DNA of 64,000 bases, taken from Plasmodiophora brassicae (Eukaryota). The stretch is taken from positions 62,001 through 126,000 of the forward strand of contig CP145423.1 of assembly GCA_036867785.1 (NCBI GenBank), given 5' to 3'. This document shows, piece after piece, positions 10,466 to 22,548 of the stretch. Each line of letters starts with the position of its first letter. The stretch's first letter is position 1. The translations under genes and the position numbers were made by a program. The notes below the pieces were generated by a model, which worked only from the letters and a program-made list of their open reading frames with translations, did no database searches and was not told the DNA's origin.

Positions 10466-12859
10466 TCATTTCGCTTCGTACCACGTGTGGACGATCTTGG
10501 CGTCGACGACGAGGTCGACGCAGAGCGGTGTGCTGAACGGGTGCTCCATGCACCGGCGGACGAGGTCCAGCGCCTCCTGGGCGGATTCCTGCGGCCCCTC
10601 GACGATGACCTCGTCGTGGATCTGCAACAGCATGCGCCAGCCGAGCGCCCGCAGCCTCTCGTTCCGGCTGATCTCGATCATGGCCTTCATGACGACGTCG
10701 GCGGCGCCGCCCTGGATCGGCGTGTTGATGGCGGCCCGCTCGGCCCCGCCTCGATGCGACGCGACCGCCGAGTTGATCAGCTCCAGCTTGCGGTACCGGC
10801 CCATCAGCGTCCTCGTGTACCCGGTCTGCTTCGCGCGTTGGATCACGAACTCCTGCCAGGCCTTCACCTCGGGGCGATCCTGGTACCAGCGCTGCAATGT
10901 CGCCTTCGCGTCCGCTATTGACGTCCTCCAGTCCCTGGCCAGGCCGCTCGCCGTCTTGCCGTACGCGATCGAGAAGTTCAGCGTCTTCGCCTGACGACGC
11001 TCGGCCCCGAACACGTCCTTCAGCAGCTTCGCATCAGGGGCCACGCCGGCACCCTTCTCCAGGACGACCTCGCCGGATTCCACCGCCGCCTTGATGTGGT
11101 CGTACATGCCCATGGCCGTTCGCGAGTGGAAATCGCCACCTGACCGACACCGCCGTTATCGAAACGCTGCCTGCGAAGTGAACGGCCGGCACACGTACCG
11201 GCTTTGAACGCGTCGATCATGCTCCTGCACCTGGCCATGTGCGCCAGGATGCGAAGTTCCAGTTGCCCATAGTCTGCGACGACGAGCGCCTTGCCCTCGG
11301 GGGCGGCGAACGCGTTCCGGATCCTGTAGACGTCCTTGTCGAGCGACGGCTGGTTCTGCAGGTTCGGCCGGCGGGACGACAGACGCCCCGTTTCCGTGTT
11401 CAGGTTCAGCGAGCAGTGGATGCGCGATTCGCTGTCGGTCTGCTCCTGCAGCGGGACGATGTACGTGTTCAGGAGCTTCTCGATGGACGACGCTTTGATG
11501 ACGGAGTCGACGGCGACGCAGGCGTCGTGCCCGGCGACGCCGCCGCCGCATGCATCGTATGCGTCGCCGTACACGGGCGGCGACGCTAAGGGCGACCCGG
11601 CCAGCTTCTCCAATGCGTTCGCATCCGACTGCGCCAGGCCCGTTGCGGTTCGCGCCTTGCAGGGCAACCCCATGCCCGAGATGACGAACGACCGGTTCTT
11701 CAGCGGTTTCGTCTTGCCGGGTTCGATGTACCCATCCGTGTTGTCGGTCTTGAACACGCGTTCGTCGCCCTTGGGCGCGTACAGCAACTGCTGCAGCTGG
11801 ACCTTGGATTTCGGGTTCAGGAAGCGCCCATCTGGGCATTGCTTGGCGACCCAGGCAAGGAAGACGGCGTACTGGGTGACGGCCTCGCCCTGTGCCTGCT
11901 GCTGGATCTGGGACAGGTAACCGCGGTCCACGTAGATGCCGGCGCGTTCCATGTCGGTCAGGATCTCGCCGAACGGCCTCCAGTACTCGTTGTAGAAATC
12001 AAACATGGTGGTCCCCTCCGTGCACGGCATGGCCCGCAGGCGCGCCTCCAGAATTCGTCGAAGCTTCCAGGTTGCTTCGGCGTCATTCGTGGCGTAGTCG
12101 ATCCATTCGTCACGCGTTTCAGCGTTCCTCTGCAGTAGGGCGAGGTCGGGCATTACAGGGACCTGTGTTGGTGCCATTAGTGGAGTTGACACAGCAAGCA
12201 CGAGACGAACGACCGACCTTGGCTAGGGAGCCGTCCTTGAGCTTCTTATGCCCGAAACGCTCCTTGATGGGGACCTTGCGGTTGCCGATCAGTTCTTCGG
12301 ACAGTTTCTCGAGCGAGTAGCCGCCCGAGAACGTCCGCGACGCGTCCCACAGCCGGGCCATGTGCATGGTGTCGGCGGAGAACCCGTGGCAATCGATCCC
12401 GTGGTTGTACAGGATGTGCCTGTCGAACCCGTAGTTGTGCCACACCTTCAGGTAGTCGTCCGACTGGAAAAAGTCCCGGAAACGGTCGAGCGTGCCCTCG
12501 GCCGCATCGAGGTTGTCAATGAACAGTCGCGGGCCGTTCCCGAAATCGACGTCGCCGCCGGCGTAGACGGTTGCACAGATGACACGCCCTGCGCCGACGG
12601 GCGACTGCTCCTTGACCTCGATGTCGACCGCTTCCGTGTCGCATGCAAACTGCCGATGCGGATCTCGTTCGATCAGGTCGCGCATGGCGGACAGCGCCGT
12701 CCGCGCCGACGCGTCGCATTTGACAACAGTGACGCCATCGGGCGCGTCGGCAGCTGGTGCGGTCGTGTTCCCTGCAGGCGCTGCAGCAGTCAGGTGTCGC
12801 AGGCGGCGCGTTGCAGCTCCGCACCGTGCCGCCGCCGTACGGCACACGCACCACAGCAT
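10466..12859 (-). CDS. Family A organellar DNA polymerase (POP type) with 3'-5' exonuclease domain
   Basis: Exo motifs 'FACDTE', 'WHNYGFD', 'YATNDA'. Pol motifs 'TGRLSSRRPNLQN', 'ADYGQLELRILAH', 'RRQAKTLNFSIAYG', 'LLQIHDE'. Arg/Ala-rich N-terminal targeting peptide; two short introns. Confidence 0.96.
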
Positions 12860-13214
12860 TCCACTGCGGTCCGCTGCTGCACGGCCGCCGGGCACCCGCG
12901 GGTGCGACGTCACGATGGGACTCCGCGGACGGACCCGAACGAGAACGACGTCGCCGTCTCCATCCTGCAGTGACCCCGTTAAGTAGAGGGTTGTGAGGGC
13001 AGAAGAAACCTCAGCGGCAGCGATGTATGTACGTCTGGTAGGTGAGCTTCGTACCGCCTTTGCGAATACCGCTCGTCATCTCGGCAGATCCAGGCCCGGC
13101 ACAATGTGCGGGGGCACAGCACGGGGGCACGAGAACACTTGTCGTGAGTTGAAGTTTGCTGCGACGTTAGACACCTCGACAAAGATGCGTACAGGACTGC
13201 TCAACACAGCGTTC

Positions 13215-13299
13215 GCTAGCGTGGCCGAGTTGGTCTAAGGCGCCAGATTAAGGCTCTGGTCTTCTCCGGAAGGCGCAGGTTCAAATCCTGCCGCTGGCA
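13215..13299 (+). tRNA. tRNA-Leu(AAG)
   Basis: Acceptor GCTAGCG/CGCTGGC, anticodon arm CCAGA-TTAAGGC-TCTGG, long variable arm, GTTCAAATC T-loop, T6 terminator downstream. Confidence 0.97.
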
Positions 13300-13857
13300 T
13301 GCGTTTTTTGCCCCATCGGGCGACCATCAGGGCTACCGTACACCGAACGTTGAATTTCGGTGGCCACCTTGTGGTGTCGGGTTTCGCAACTACAGTACCT
13401 ATGTAGGTAGTGCATGTTCTTTTGTCTCCGAACAAAGGTCCCCAGCATGAAATGGATTGCGTGGACACGCACCACGATACGTGTCAAATTTCGCGTGGCG
13501 GTCGAGGTCCCGGTGCTTCTCTATGGTCCTGCGGATGACCACTGGACAGCATAGGTTTGCCCTGTTTGTACACGAGTTGGTGCGGTGAGGTCGGCCCATG
13601 CCAGGTTCCAAGATCGCGCAGTTTCCAGAGACCTGTCAAGGGCATCAAAAATTGCGCGTGACTGGCCGCTTGGAACGACGGGAAAATTCTTCGCGGCTGG
13701 TCCACCCGACCCAACATTCCATTGGAACCCTTCATACCGACACTTTGGCGGACTTGACAGGGCTGCGTCGTGGTCGTCACTGACTACTGTGTGCTGCGTC
13801 GATATCTGTTGGACGCGCCTGCCCCTCCCAGTGCCCCCGGCTGACAGAGGCGGCGCA

Positions 13858-15121
13858 ATGGGTCACCCCAGGTCGGCGACGCGCATCGCAATCACCACCT
13901 GCCTCGTCTCACTGCAGTTACTGCGTTGTGTGGTACGCGCCGTGCTGTAAAGCGTTGTCGTACACCTCTCACAGTCCACCCAGGTGAAGCCGGAGCAACC
14001 AGACATCCGCGTAACAGTCGACCCTAGGGAAGGCACTCGCGTCGACTTGTTCCGCTTTGACGACGACCTTTTGGAGAGTTTCCACAAAGAACGCGTCGTG
14101 TCTCGCGGGTTGACTAATGGACGCCTACCGAAATCCGTGTCAGATACCCTTGAGCAATTATTTCATACTGGAACCGGTGCGGATGAAGGTGCCGGGTTCC
14201 AGGAACCCGAATGGTTCTTTGGGGCTTACGACGACGATGACGACTTCCACCGCCTTGTTAGGCAGCGTTCGACGGCGTCGAGGTTGGGCAACATCGACCA
14301 GGACGCGTACGTTCGTGTCGTTTCCCAAGCTGAACGCAAAGTGGACGCACGCATTGCTGTCGTCGAAATGGTCATGCGGTCGTTCCTACCAGAGTTCCGC
14401 GCAACTGGAAGAATGCTACAGGACATTGATTTGGTATGGGACGCGATTACATACGGGTATGCATATACGCGCATTGTGGTGCGTTGTTTTCCTTGTACGC
14501 TGAACGCTGTGTCCAGGTCACCACCCAGCTGGTGGTGCTCGTATGTGTCCTGGCTGTGTCCATCTACGTGGTCAACGGATCGTGCCAAACGGCGTCTGCT
14601 GGACCAAGTTGGGCATTCCCCTAGGCTATTCCATCACATGATGCTCTCGGCGACATCATTCTGGAATACCGTCGACCGCATTCTTCGAATCCAGCCGACG
14701 TTTCGCGATACGGTACGGTTGCTTGCGTCCTCGGCTGCTCTCTAGAAGTCCAGGTTAAGTCTAATGACCGCAGTTGAGGCGTCACTTCAAGGACCGTCCG
14801 AACTACCCCGTGTCGTTGTTCCAGGACGCCTGGCCGACCGAGATTTATCGTGTCACGACGCGACCCGTTCACATTCAATCGAATAATGTATCCGTCCCGG
14901 TTGATGCCTTGATGGTGTTCCACATCAGAAACGCAGAGACTCTTCGCGGTCGCTTCCAGGTACACAGACTCCAGCGAAAGCCACACGACCTATTCGCCTG
15001 TCTAACCAAAGTGTCCCAGAACTGTCCCGCAAGCACATTCATGACCGCGTTCCTCGAGAAACTGGCAAGCGAGTGTCTCCAGGACACACTGAAATGCCGG
15101 TTCGAACACGATCACTATTGA
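13858..15121 (+). CDS. Hypothetical secreted protein (multi-exon; candidate effector)
   Basis: Hydrophobic N-terminus MGHPRSATRIAITTCLVSLQLLRCV. A phase-0 intron 13933-13974 joins ORF 13984-14745; last exon 14774-15121. No recognisable domain. Confidence 0.55.
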
Positions 15122-15356
15122 CTATTTTCAACTGTGTCGATTGTCCACATTGCATTGCGAGCAGTCGTCGTGGGCTGTGCGCGCCACCACATGACCGTTG
15201 CCGCCGTACAATGCCTGAGGTGGCCTGAGAAGGGCGCCCTGGACCTTGACACGGTCTGAGACGACGCGTTTGTGGCTATCGATCATTTGCAGAAGTTGGG
15301 TCGCGAAATATGGTAGCTAAGGAACGTACCAGGTCGACGATGCCGTATTCGTTGAT

Positions 15357-16481
15357 TCATTTCAGAGTGAATGCAAAGCGGCCGACCAGGGGTAGGTGGT
15401 CACTGCTGTGAATAGCATGGACGGCGGCGACGAACTCGAGGTTGGCCTGGTCGGGGTCGAACAGGATCTGATCCGTCCACGAGACGGGCCTGGTCGCGTC
15501 GTAGCAGACCCGGCCGGGGCCACAGTTGCCATCGGCCACGGGAGCATCCCAGTCGCGAACCTTCAGCAACCTGCCGATGTCGATGCAGGCGCTGGTGTCC
15601 ATGCACAGGCGGGTGTCAGGTCGAACCAGCAGTTTATAGGTTGGCAGGTGCAGGCCAGCCGTGCAGACCAGTCCACGCAGGCTGTTCACACGGCCGACCA
15701 ACGCCCGCGTCATCTCATCCTGGGCGACGAGATCGTGCCACGAGTGGCACTTCGCAACAATGTCGGACACGTTCGCCGTTGTCGTCGGGGAATCCGTTCG
15801 CGAATTCAGATCGCCGATCAGGAATCGGGCACTGCAACCGTCCCACATGGGCCCGAGCTGACCGCCCCGGAAGGCATGTCGCAGGCAAGCCACGCGCGAC
15901 TTCATGTTGGCGCTGGGCAGATGCGCCGACAGGAAGCAGAGGCGGTGGCCGGACCCGGTGGTTAATGCCACGGCGGATATCGCTTTCTCGCCTCGCGACC
16001 ACCACCGACAGTAGGACGTCCCCGATGTCACCCGTGGGATGGTGCTGTTGTTGGACGATGCGCGTCGCAAGACGACGACCCCGGATAGGTGATGGCCCCA
16101 GGTGCGGACGTGTTTGGGGACCCACTGGCCCCATCGTGACGTTGCCTCGCCGACAACGTCGTATCGCGTGCGTCGCTCCGCGAAATAGTGATCGTTGACG
16201 GCGTCGCGAATCCAGTCGGCGACCGCCCGCCGGGGTCGTATGCGCGCCTCCTGTACGCCGAACACGATCAGCTCGGGGAGGCTGTCCGCGTCGTCGTCGG
16301 CGGGCAGGCCGTGCAGGGCGAACCGCAGCGCCCTGGCGACCTCGACGCCAGACGGGAACCCATCCGCCAGGTTCCAGGTCAGCAGGACGACCCGCCCAGG
16401 GGCCCCAGCAGCGATCGCCGACGCAAGGCACACGGCGACGGAGACGACGACGACGCCCCTGCAACGGGTAGCGCCGCCCAT
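15357..16481 (-). CDS. Secreted inositol polyphosphate 5-phosphatase-like EEP enzyme (copy A)
   Basis: Signal peptide MGGATRCRGVVVVSVAVCLASAIA. Motifs LLTWNLA, FGVQEA, FLSAHL, IGDLNSR, PTYK, PVSWTDQI, SDHLP. Intronless. Confidence 0.85.
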   Translation of the reverse strand: MGGATRCRGVVVVSVAVCLASAIAAGAPGRVVLLTWNLADGFPSGVEVARALRFALHGLPADDDADSLPELIVFGVQEARIRPRRAVADWIRDAVNDHYFAERRTRYDVVGEATSRWGQWVPKHVRTWGHHLSGVVVLRRASSNNSTIPRVTSGTSYCRWWSRGEKAISAVALTTGSGHRLCFLSAHLPSANMKSRVACLRHAFRGGQLGPMWDGCSARFLIGDLNSRTDSPTTTANVSDIVAKCHSWHDLVAQDEMTRALVGRVNSLRGLVCTAGLHLPTYKLLVRPDTRLCMDTSACIDIGRLLKVRDWDAPVADGNCGPGRVCYDATRPVSWTDQILFDPDQANLEFVAAVHAIHSSDHLPLVGRFAFTLK

Positions 16482-16569
16482 CGACGTCCGCGCGCGACAC
16501 AAAAGCGCCTTCGGACAACGAACGGGAGCGGTGCTCCTCCTACGTACCAGGCGCGGCGGTTTATACATT

Positions 16570-17673
16570 TCAGTCCAGATCGACGGTGAAGCGGCCGGCC
16601 AGCGGCAGGTGGTCACTGGTATGGACGCCGTGGACGGCGGCGACGAACTCGAGGTCGGCCCGGTCGGGGTCGAACAGGATCTGATCCGTCCAGGAGACGG
16701 GCCTGGTCGGGTCGTAGCAGATCCGGTCCTCGCCGCAGTTGCCGTCGGCGTGCGGGACGTCCCAGCGGTGTACGGCGAGGAACCGTTGCACGTCGACGCA
16801 GGTGCTGGCCGTTAGGCAAACGTTGCTGTTGTGTCGCAGCATCTTGTAGGTGGGAAGGTGGAGGCCAGCCGTGCCCGTCAATCCTCGCATGTGGGCGACC
16901 TTGCCGGTCAGCTCGTGCGTCATTTCGTCGCGGGCAACCAACGCGTCCCAGGACGGGCGTCGGTCGGCAATGTCAAAGACGTGGGCCGCTGCGGTCCTGC
17001 CGGTTCGCGAATTGAAGTCGCCGATCATGAATCGTGTATCGCAGGCGTCCCACAACTGCCCGAGTTCGTCGTGTTGGAATCCGTGCTGGAGGCACGCGAG
17101 TCGCGCGTCGCTCGTTGCGCTCGGCAGGTGCGCCGACAGGAAGCAGAATCGACGAGGTCCCGCCGTTAACGTCACCAGGGTGATGGCCTTCTCGCCTCGT
17201 GACCACCTGCGGCAGTACGATGTTTTAGCTGTCATGCGCGTGGCCACCTTGGACGATTCGCGTCGCAGGACAACGATGCCCGATAGGAAATGACCCTTTT
17301 CCTGGAAACGCCTGGGGATCCATCCTCCCCAACGCGACGCTGCTGCACCAACCACTTCGTACCGGGTTTGACGAGCCTTGAAGTAGTGATCATTGATCGC
17401 GTCGCGAACCCATTGAGCAATGCGCTGCTCGGATAGGTTCGCCTCCTGAAGGCCAATAACAATGAATTCGGGCAGGGAGCTCGAATCATCTGGCAGGCCG
17501 TGTAGGGCGAATTGCATCGCCTGCCTGATCTCGGCACCGTCCGGGAACCCATCGGCCAGGTTCCACGTCAGCAAGACAATTCGCGCGGATCCCTTGTCGA
17601 GCGTCGACCTCGACAGACCATAGGCGACGCAGGTAAGGGCAACAATGTTGCGAAATACATAAGCGCTCCCCAT
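16570..17673 (-). CDS. Secreted inositol polyphosphate 5-phosphatase-like EEP enzyme (copy B)
   Basis: Signal-like MGSAYVFRNIVALTCVAYGLS. Same motif set (IGLQEA, IGDFNSR, PTYK, PVSWTDQI, SDHLP). Tandem paralog of copy A. Confidence 0.87.
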   Translation of the reverse strand: MGSAYVFRNIVALTCVAYGLSRSTLDKGSARIVLLTWNLADGFPDGAEIRQAMQFALHGLPDDSSSLPEFIVIGLQEANLSEQRIAQWVRDAINDHYFKARQTRYEVVGAAASRWGGWIPRRFQEKGHFLSGIVVLRRESSKVATRMTAKTSYCRRWSRGEKAITLVTLTAGPRRFCFLSAHLPSATSDARLACLQHGFQHDELGQLWDACDTRFMIGDFNSRTGRTAAAHVFDIADRRPSWDALVARDEMTHELTGKVAHMRGLTGTAGLHLPTYKMLRHNSNVCLTASTCVDVQRFLAVHRWDVPHADGNCGEDRICYDPTRPVSWTDQILFDPDRADLEFVAAVHGVHTSDHLPLAGRFTVDLD

Positions 17674-18163
17674 TGCTTGCAGCGTCTCCCGTCTGGTGGC
17701 GTCGAATAGTTACAAGTGTGCGTTCGCTGGAACGATGGCCCTGGGTGCCGGACCCGCTTCCGTCCACATGCCATGACAACTGATTCCAGTATCGATCCAG
17801 GTCGTCAGGCAGCCAACGATTAATCCATCGACGGCGAAAGCACGCGCCATACTGTGGCAGTGTCCACAGCAAAGCAGCGAGTGTGTTAAGTTGTGACAAT
17901 CCAAAGCAACGTATCGACAGAGAGATGTTCGGCGCCCGGCTCGCGGCTTCAACGACCACAGACCAGTGCCCGATGTACACCCTTGCAATTGCGCTTCAGT
18001 TCGTCGTGGTGCAATGCGTATCGCCACTCTAAAGTCGGTGTACAATGTAGGCATGCTGTGCGCGCCGATGCGACATCGGAGATGACCCACGTTCCAGCCC
18101 ATCCGTACGCCCTACGTGGAGGACGACAGGACCATGTCAACAGGGGAGGACCAGTCGGAACCG

Positions 18164-18170
18164 TGACTCA
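18164..18170. promoter_or_regulatory. TGACTCA upstream of His/Asp-rich gene 2
   Basis: Exact match ~120 bp before ATG 18288. Confidence 0.6.
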
Positions 18171-18287
18171 CGATCCGGGCGAAATTCGTGCCAGTGAACA
18201 CGGGCGCCCCCATTCCAGCAATCGTCCTGCTGACTTTGGTCGGTCGTCGCGATCACCATCGTCCCGTCCCCCGCCCTGCCGACACGA

Positions 18288-18779
18288 ATGCCACTCCACA
18301 TTCGCGTGCCGCAATGCATCCTGCTGCTGTTGTTGGGGGCCCTGGCCATCAGGTCCGGTTTCGGCCAGGACCTGTTCGGCCTAGGCCCCGACGACGACGA
18401 CGACGACGCGTATGCGCATGATGTCGAACACGACCACGGGTACGAGCACGACCTGCGCAATGACGACAAGGTCGCCGATCAGGCGCACACCACCGGGCAA
18501 CACGTTGCCACGGGGGTCGTAACCACGACGGCCACAGGGACAGCAGAGCACATCGACGAGAGCCACTCCCGGCAAGATCGATCCCACGATCACCTCCGGC
18601 TGAAAGCCAAAGCTGAGACGGACGCCAGCGACGCATTGGCGACGAACGCGGCCGCACCGGTCGGCGACGTGCACGCACCGCTGCCGGGCAACGAACACCC
18701 GGGAACCATCGCACCACCCGTCCTCGAGAACAGAGCCCTGGCGCCACACGCCCAATGGACTGGACTGCATGGCATGTAG
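18288..18779 (+). CDS. Secreted His/Asp-rich protein 2 (163 aa; 3' end uncertain)
   Basis: MPLHIRVPQCILLLLLGALAIRSGFG signal, then DDDDDDAYAHDVEHDHGYEHD... and a Thr-rich segment. Confidence 0.7.
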   Translation: MPLHIRVPQCILLLLLGALAIRSGFGQDLFGLGPDDDDDDAYAHDVEHDHGYEHDLRNDDKVADQAHTTGQHVATGVVTTTATGTAEHIDESHSRQDRSHDHLRLKAKAETDASDALATNAAAPVGDVHAPLPGNEHPGTIAPPVLENRALAPHAQWTGLHGM

Positions 18780-19195
18780 GCGCGGGTTCTGGACCGCAAT
18801 CGTTCCACGCCGACCTGGGGCCACACGGTCCTCCAATGAGAGCAGATGCAGGCCGGGCACACGCGCTTCCGGGCGCACGTGTGCCTCGAGACGCAGGCCG
18901 GGCCCGCCTTCTTGGACAATACAGCATTGGCGTCCTCTGCAAATGCGTTCCAGCTGGCCGGTCGCCCCTCACCCGGTTACGTGAGCTCTAGTGCCCTGCG
19001 ACGCCTGTGCAGGTCGTTGCCTATGCTGAACTTGACGAACGCCCCCCGCCATCGTCTGTGCGTTCGTGAGCGCACATGGCCTGGTCAAGCACCGGGGACG
19101 TCCCGTACAGTCGACCCAGATCGATGGACAACGGACAGTCGGATGGGTTGGCCGCTGTTTGTCGACGTGGTTGTTATTAGACAGCAGGTTAGAGA

Positions 19196-19666
19196 TCAGT
19201 GGTGGTCGCCATGGTCGCGGAACGCTCTGTACTCGCGCAGCGCCCTCATCTCGTCCTCGCTGAGGAACTCGGTGCTGTGCGGGATGCCGTCCTCGTGGTG
19301 CATGTGATGGTCGACGTCGGGTTCAGCGTGGTGCGGGTGGTGACGAGGGTGATGGTCCTCGTCGATGTGGTGATGGTCGTGCATTGCGTGCCATTCGTCG
19401 GCCGGCGACGGATGGTGCTCGTGATGGTGGTCATCGTGGTGGTGATCATCGTGATGGCGATCCTCGTGATGGTGGTGGTGTTCGGGCAGGTCGAAGAGCG
19501 TCAGCGCGTCGCCGTCGGGCATGGGGAAATCACGTAGCGCATACACGGCATGGTTATCGTTATCAACGTGGCCATCGCCGTGATCGACCCAGATCAGCGT
19601 GTCACCGGCCAGCACGACGCCGACCAGCACCGCCAGCGCCGCCGTCGTCACCAGCATCTTCCTCAT
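19196..19666 (-). CDS. Secreted His/Asp-rich protein 3 (156 aa)
   Basis: MRKMLVTTAALAVLVGVVLA signal. Mature 'GDTLIWVDHGDGHVD...EHHHHHEDRHHDDHHHDDHHHEHH'. No Cys. Confidence 0.85.
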   Translation of the reverse strand: MRKMLVTTAALAVLVGVVLAGDTLIWVDHGDGHVDNDNHAVYALRDFPMPDGDALTLFDLPEHHHHHEDRHHDDHHHDDHHHEHHPSPADEWHAMHDHHHIDEDHHPRHHPHHAEPDVDHHMHHEDGIPHSTEFLSEDEMRALREYRAFRDHGDHH

Positions 19667-19777
19667 GCCTGCCTGCGAGACACCGATTCGATATAATAGA
19701 CAATTACGGGAGTGATGACGCACACGCGAGTCGAGTCACACCTAGATTACGTGCACGGTGTGTCGGGACGAGCCAGT

Positions 19778-19784
19778 TGACTCA
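19778..19784. promoter_or_regulatory. TGACTCA in the divergent promoter between His-rich gene 3 and the ankyrin gene
   Basis: Exact match ~112 bp from ATG 19666 and ~116 bp from ATG 19900. Confidence 0.55.
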
Positions 19785-19899
19785 TGGGGTCACACACGCG
19801 CCAGCCACCGGTGGAGTACGTATGGAGAATCCCCTGGATTCGGACAGGGCCGGGTGTGATCACATCGAGGTACCCGGTCGCTGTCAGTAAAGGGGGGCC

Positions 19900-21273
19900 A
19901 TGTCGGAGTCGGTGTTCCAGGCGGCCGCCCGAGGCGATGTTCGCATGCTGCGCCTTCTGATCCGCAAGGGCCACATGGATGACGCCGACGACGAGGGCAA
20001 CACGCCGCTGATGATTGCAACGCGATGCAATCGACCGCAGGCCGTCGCCATCCTCCTCGAGCGCCAGGCGAACGTCAACCAGGTCAATGCGCATGGCGAC
20101 GGCGCGTTGCACATTGCGGCCCAGAAGGGTAACGTTGAAGGGGAGCTGCGAGGGAAGGCACCTGTCGCTGACGTTGCTTGCCGCACGCCCAGGGATCATG
20201 CATGTATCGATTATTCGCATGCTGATCGAAGCGGGCGCGAACGTCACCTCGCAGAACGCGGACAGGGAGTCGCCCGTGTCGCTGATAGCGAAGAACACGA
20301 AGCTGGCCCGGCATCCGACGATAGCGCCCCTGCTGGAGAAGCGCCTCGCCGCCAATCGCCTACGTCGAAAGGTTTGGCGGGAACCTGTCGTTCGTAGGGT
20401 GCTTGCTACGACGCCCTTACGACAGTGGCCAGTCAACGATGCGTCTGTCGAGCATGGGGCGCTACCAGAAACAGGTCGAGCAGCTCCAGAAGAAGAAGAA
20501 GGAGAACGCGTTGAACGTTTACTCGCGAGCGGAAGACATGACGAGCTTCAAACAGATCTGGGAGATCCTGACCAGGTGGGACGGGCGCTGCTCTCGTGGC
20601 CGGTCGTTACATTTACAGGTGCACCGTTGTGTGTGTAGGTCCCCGGCGGAATCGTCGACGACGCTGGCAGCCGAGACGCTGACACCCTTCTTCAACCTGC
20701 TGGGGGCATCACTGAGCCCGGTAACCCGATCGCATAGACCGCACGACGCCGGTGCCTCTGATCAACCCGTTTTCAGCCCGAGACGGCGGCCCTCTTCGAC
20801 CTGCTGGACGACGACCAGGACGGTTCCGTGGACTTTAGCGACTTCTACATGTCGATGGTCGGCCGGGCACGCTGCTGTCATAGCTTCGTACACACGTGTG
20901 TGAATGGGGCACACGTTGTCAGATGTGGCGCAAACCGCCGGACGCGCTGGAGTCTGCCGCCATCGACCTGCCGTTCGAGGTCCTCGACTCGTGCGCCGGG
21001 ACGCAGGACCCGACCGGCATCATCGCGAAGTCGTCCTACAAGGCGGCGCAGCGCGCCCTGGGCCCCGTGTTCTTCGCCGACAGCGAACGCGACACGTTCC
21101 GCATCCTGTCCAGCCTCGTGCCCGGCTACGCCAACGCCGTCCGCCTCGACACGCACGCGGGCATCGACCGCAAGCTCTTCCTTCGCATCGTCAGCGGCCG
21201 CGCCGAGCTCCAACTTCGGAAACCGGCCCAGACGCAGGGCGCACCGCAAGCACAATCGTCATCGATCCAATAG
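19900..21273 (+). CDS. Ankyrin-repeat plus EF-hand protein (multi-exon)
   Basis: Ankyrin motifs 'GNTPLMIAT', 'GDGALHIAAQKG', 'LIEAGANVT'. EF-hand 'DDDQDGSVDFSDF' at ~20806-20845. Several GT-AG introns. Confidence 0.8.
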
Positions 21274-21529
21274 ACGCGTATAATAGTAACGTATCGGTGT
21301 GTCACCCCTTTTCCCTGTGATAAACTCTGTCGAGCGACACTGATTGAAGCGGACGAACATTGCTGGCGGCCGGTGCACCGCTGGCGGTTGCATATCATCG
21401 GCAGGACGGCATACAGTGGGCGATGTGGAGCGACAGTGGATGCGGTCAGACGACGGCCCGTTGCGTCACGCGGGCGAATCAGCGATCACGGCGGGGCCTG
21501 TGTGCGTCACGCTGGGGGAATCCCGTATG

Positions 21530-21536
21530 TGACTCA
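21530..21536. promoter_or_regulatory. TGACTCA upstream of His-rich gene 4 (plus TGCGTCA variants at 21462 and 21503)
   Basis: Exact match ~130 bp before ATG 21666. Confidence 0.6.
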
Positions 21537-21665
21537 GCTGTCCTGCATGACCATTCGTCATGGTCATAACCCTGTTTATCGATTTATATCGACGACTGCC
21601 CGACGCCCACCGCGCCTCTGCACGCGTAAGTAATTAGCCCCACCCAGAAGCAGATTGCAGACCCG

Positions 21666-22548
21666 ATGGCGAGGTTGGTGTTGCTGTTCCCGCTCCTGGT
21701 CGCGCTCCTGGCGGCCGCCGCCGTGGCCGACGGCGAGCACGCCGAAGAGATGCTGAACAGGAAGGATTCCGACGCGGTTCGTGGGGCGAACCACGTCGAC
21801 ATGCACGATTTCGAGCAGGGGGCGCACCGGGGCGCGAACTCGATCGACCAGATCGGGGGCGACAAGAGCACGGTGCAGACGACGGCCCAGCTGACGGCGG
21901 CGATGACCGCCTCGGACGCCCACGCCGACTCGTACTCGCAGCTGCTGGACGACCAGCACGAGGTCGAGGCCGAGACGGAGCACGACCACGAAGGTGGCCG
22001 CGACTCGCAGCTCGGCGTACACCATGGCGTTAACAGCGACGTCGACGTCAACGGCGATGCCCACCTTCGTCACGACATGGTCGCGCCGCACCGCCTCCAC
22101 CAGAACGACTGGGATGGCATCGAGGTACGCCCCCGCTCGACACGTGGTTGCTGCTGCCTCTGGGGTTCTGACGAGTCGCGTTTCGCTTCAGTACGAACAG
22201 ATGCACGGGCCGCACGGCTGGGGCCACGAGCACGCGGGCCACTACCACAACGACCTGCTGGGCGAGGAGGATGCCGGCGCCATGCTGATGCACGGCGGCG
22301 ACGAGTTCAACCACGATGGCCCGCACGACCAGTGGTACGGGCACGGGCACGGGCACGACGAGTACGGGCAGCACGGGTGGGACGGCGAGCACATGCACCC
22401 GATGGCCGACGACGGGTTCGTCTACGACCACCGGCACGGGGACCCGTACATGCACCACCATGGCCATGGCGGCGACTTCCACGGCATGCACGGCCATGGC
22501 GGCGAGTTCGAGGGCGACATGATGCCCTGGATCGCCGGCGGGCACTAA
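21666..22548 (+). CDS. Secreted His/Gly/Asp-rich protein 4 (exons 21666-22124 and 22192-22548)
   Basis: Signal MARLVLLFPLLVALLAAAAVA. The phase-0 GT-AG intron 22125-22191 joins to YEQMHGPHGWGHEHAGHYH...WIAGGH*. No Cys. Confidence 0.88.

Noticed and set aside
10466-12859. Bacterial or phage polA, or horizontal transfer
   Set aside because: It has spliceosomal introns, a targeting-like N-terminus and POP-type features; an ordinary nuclear-encoded organellar polymerase.
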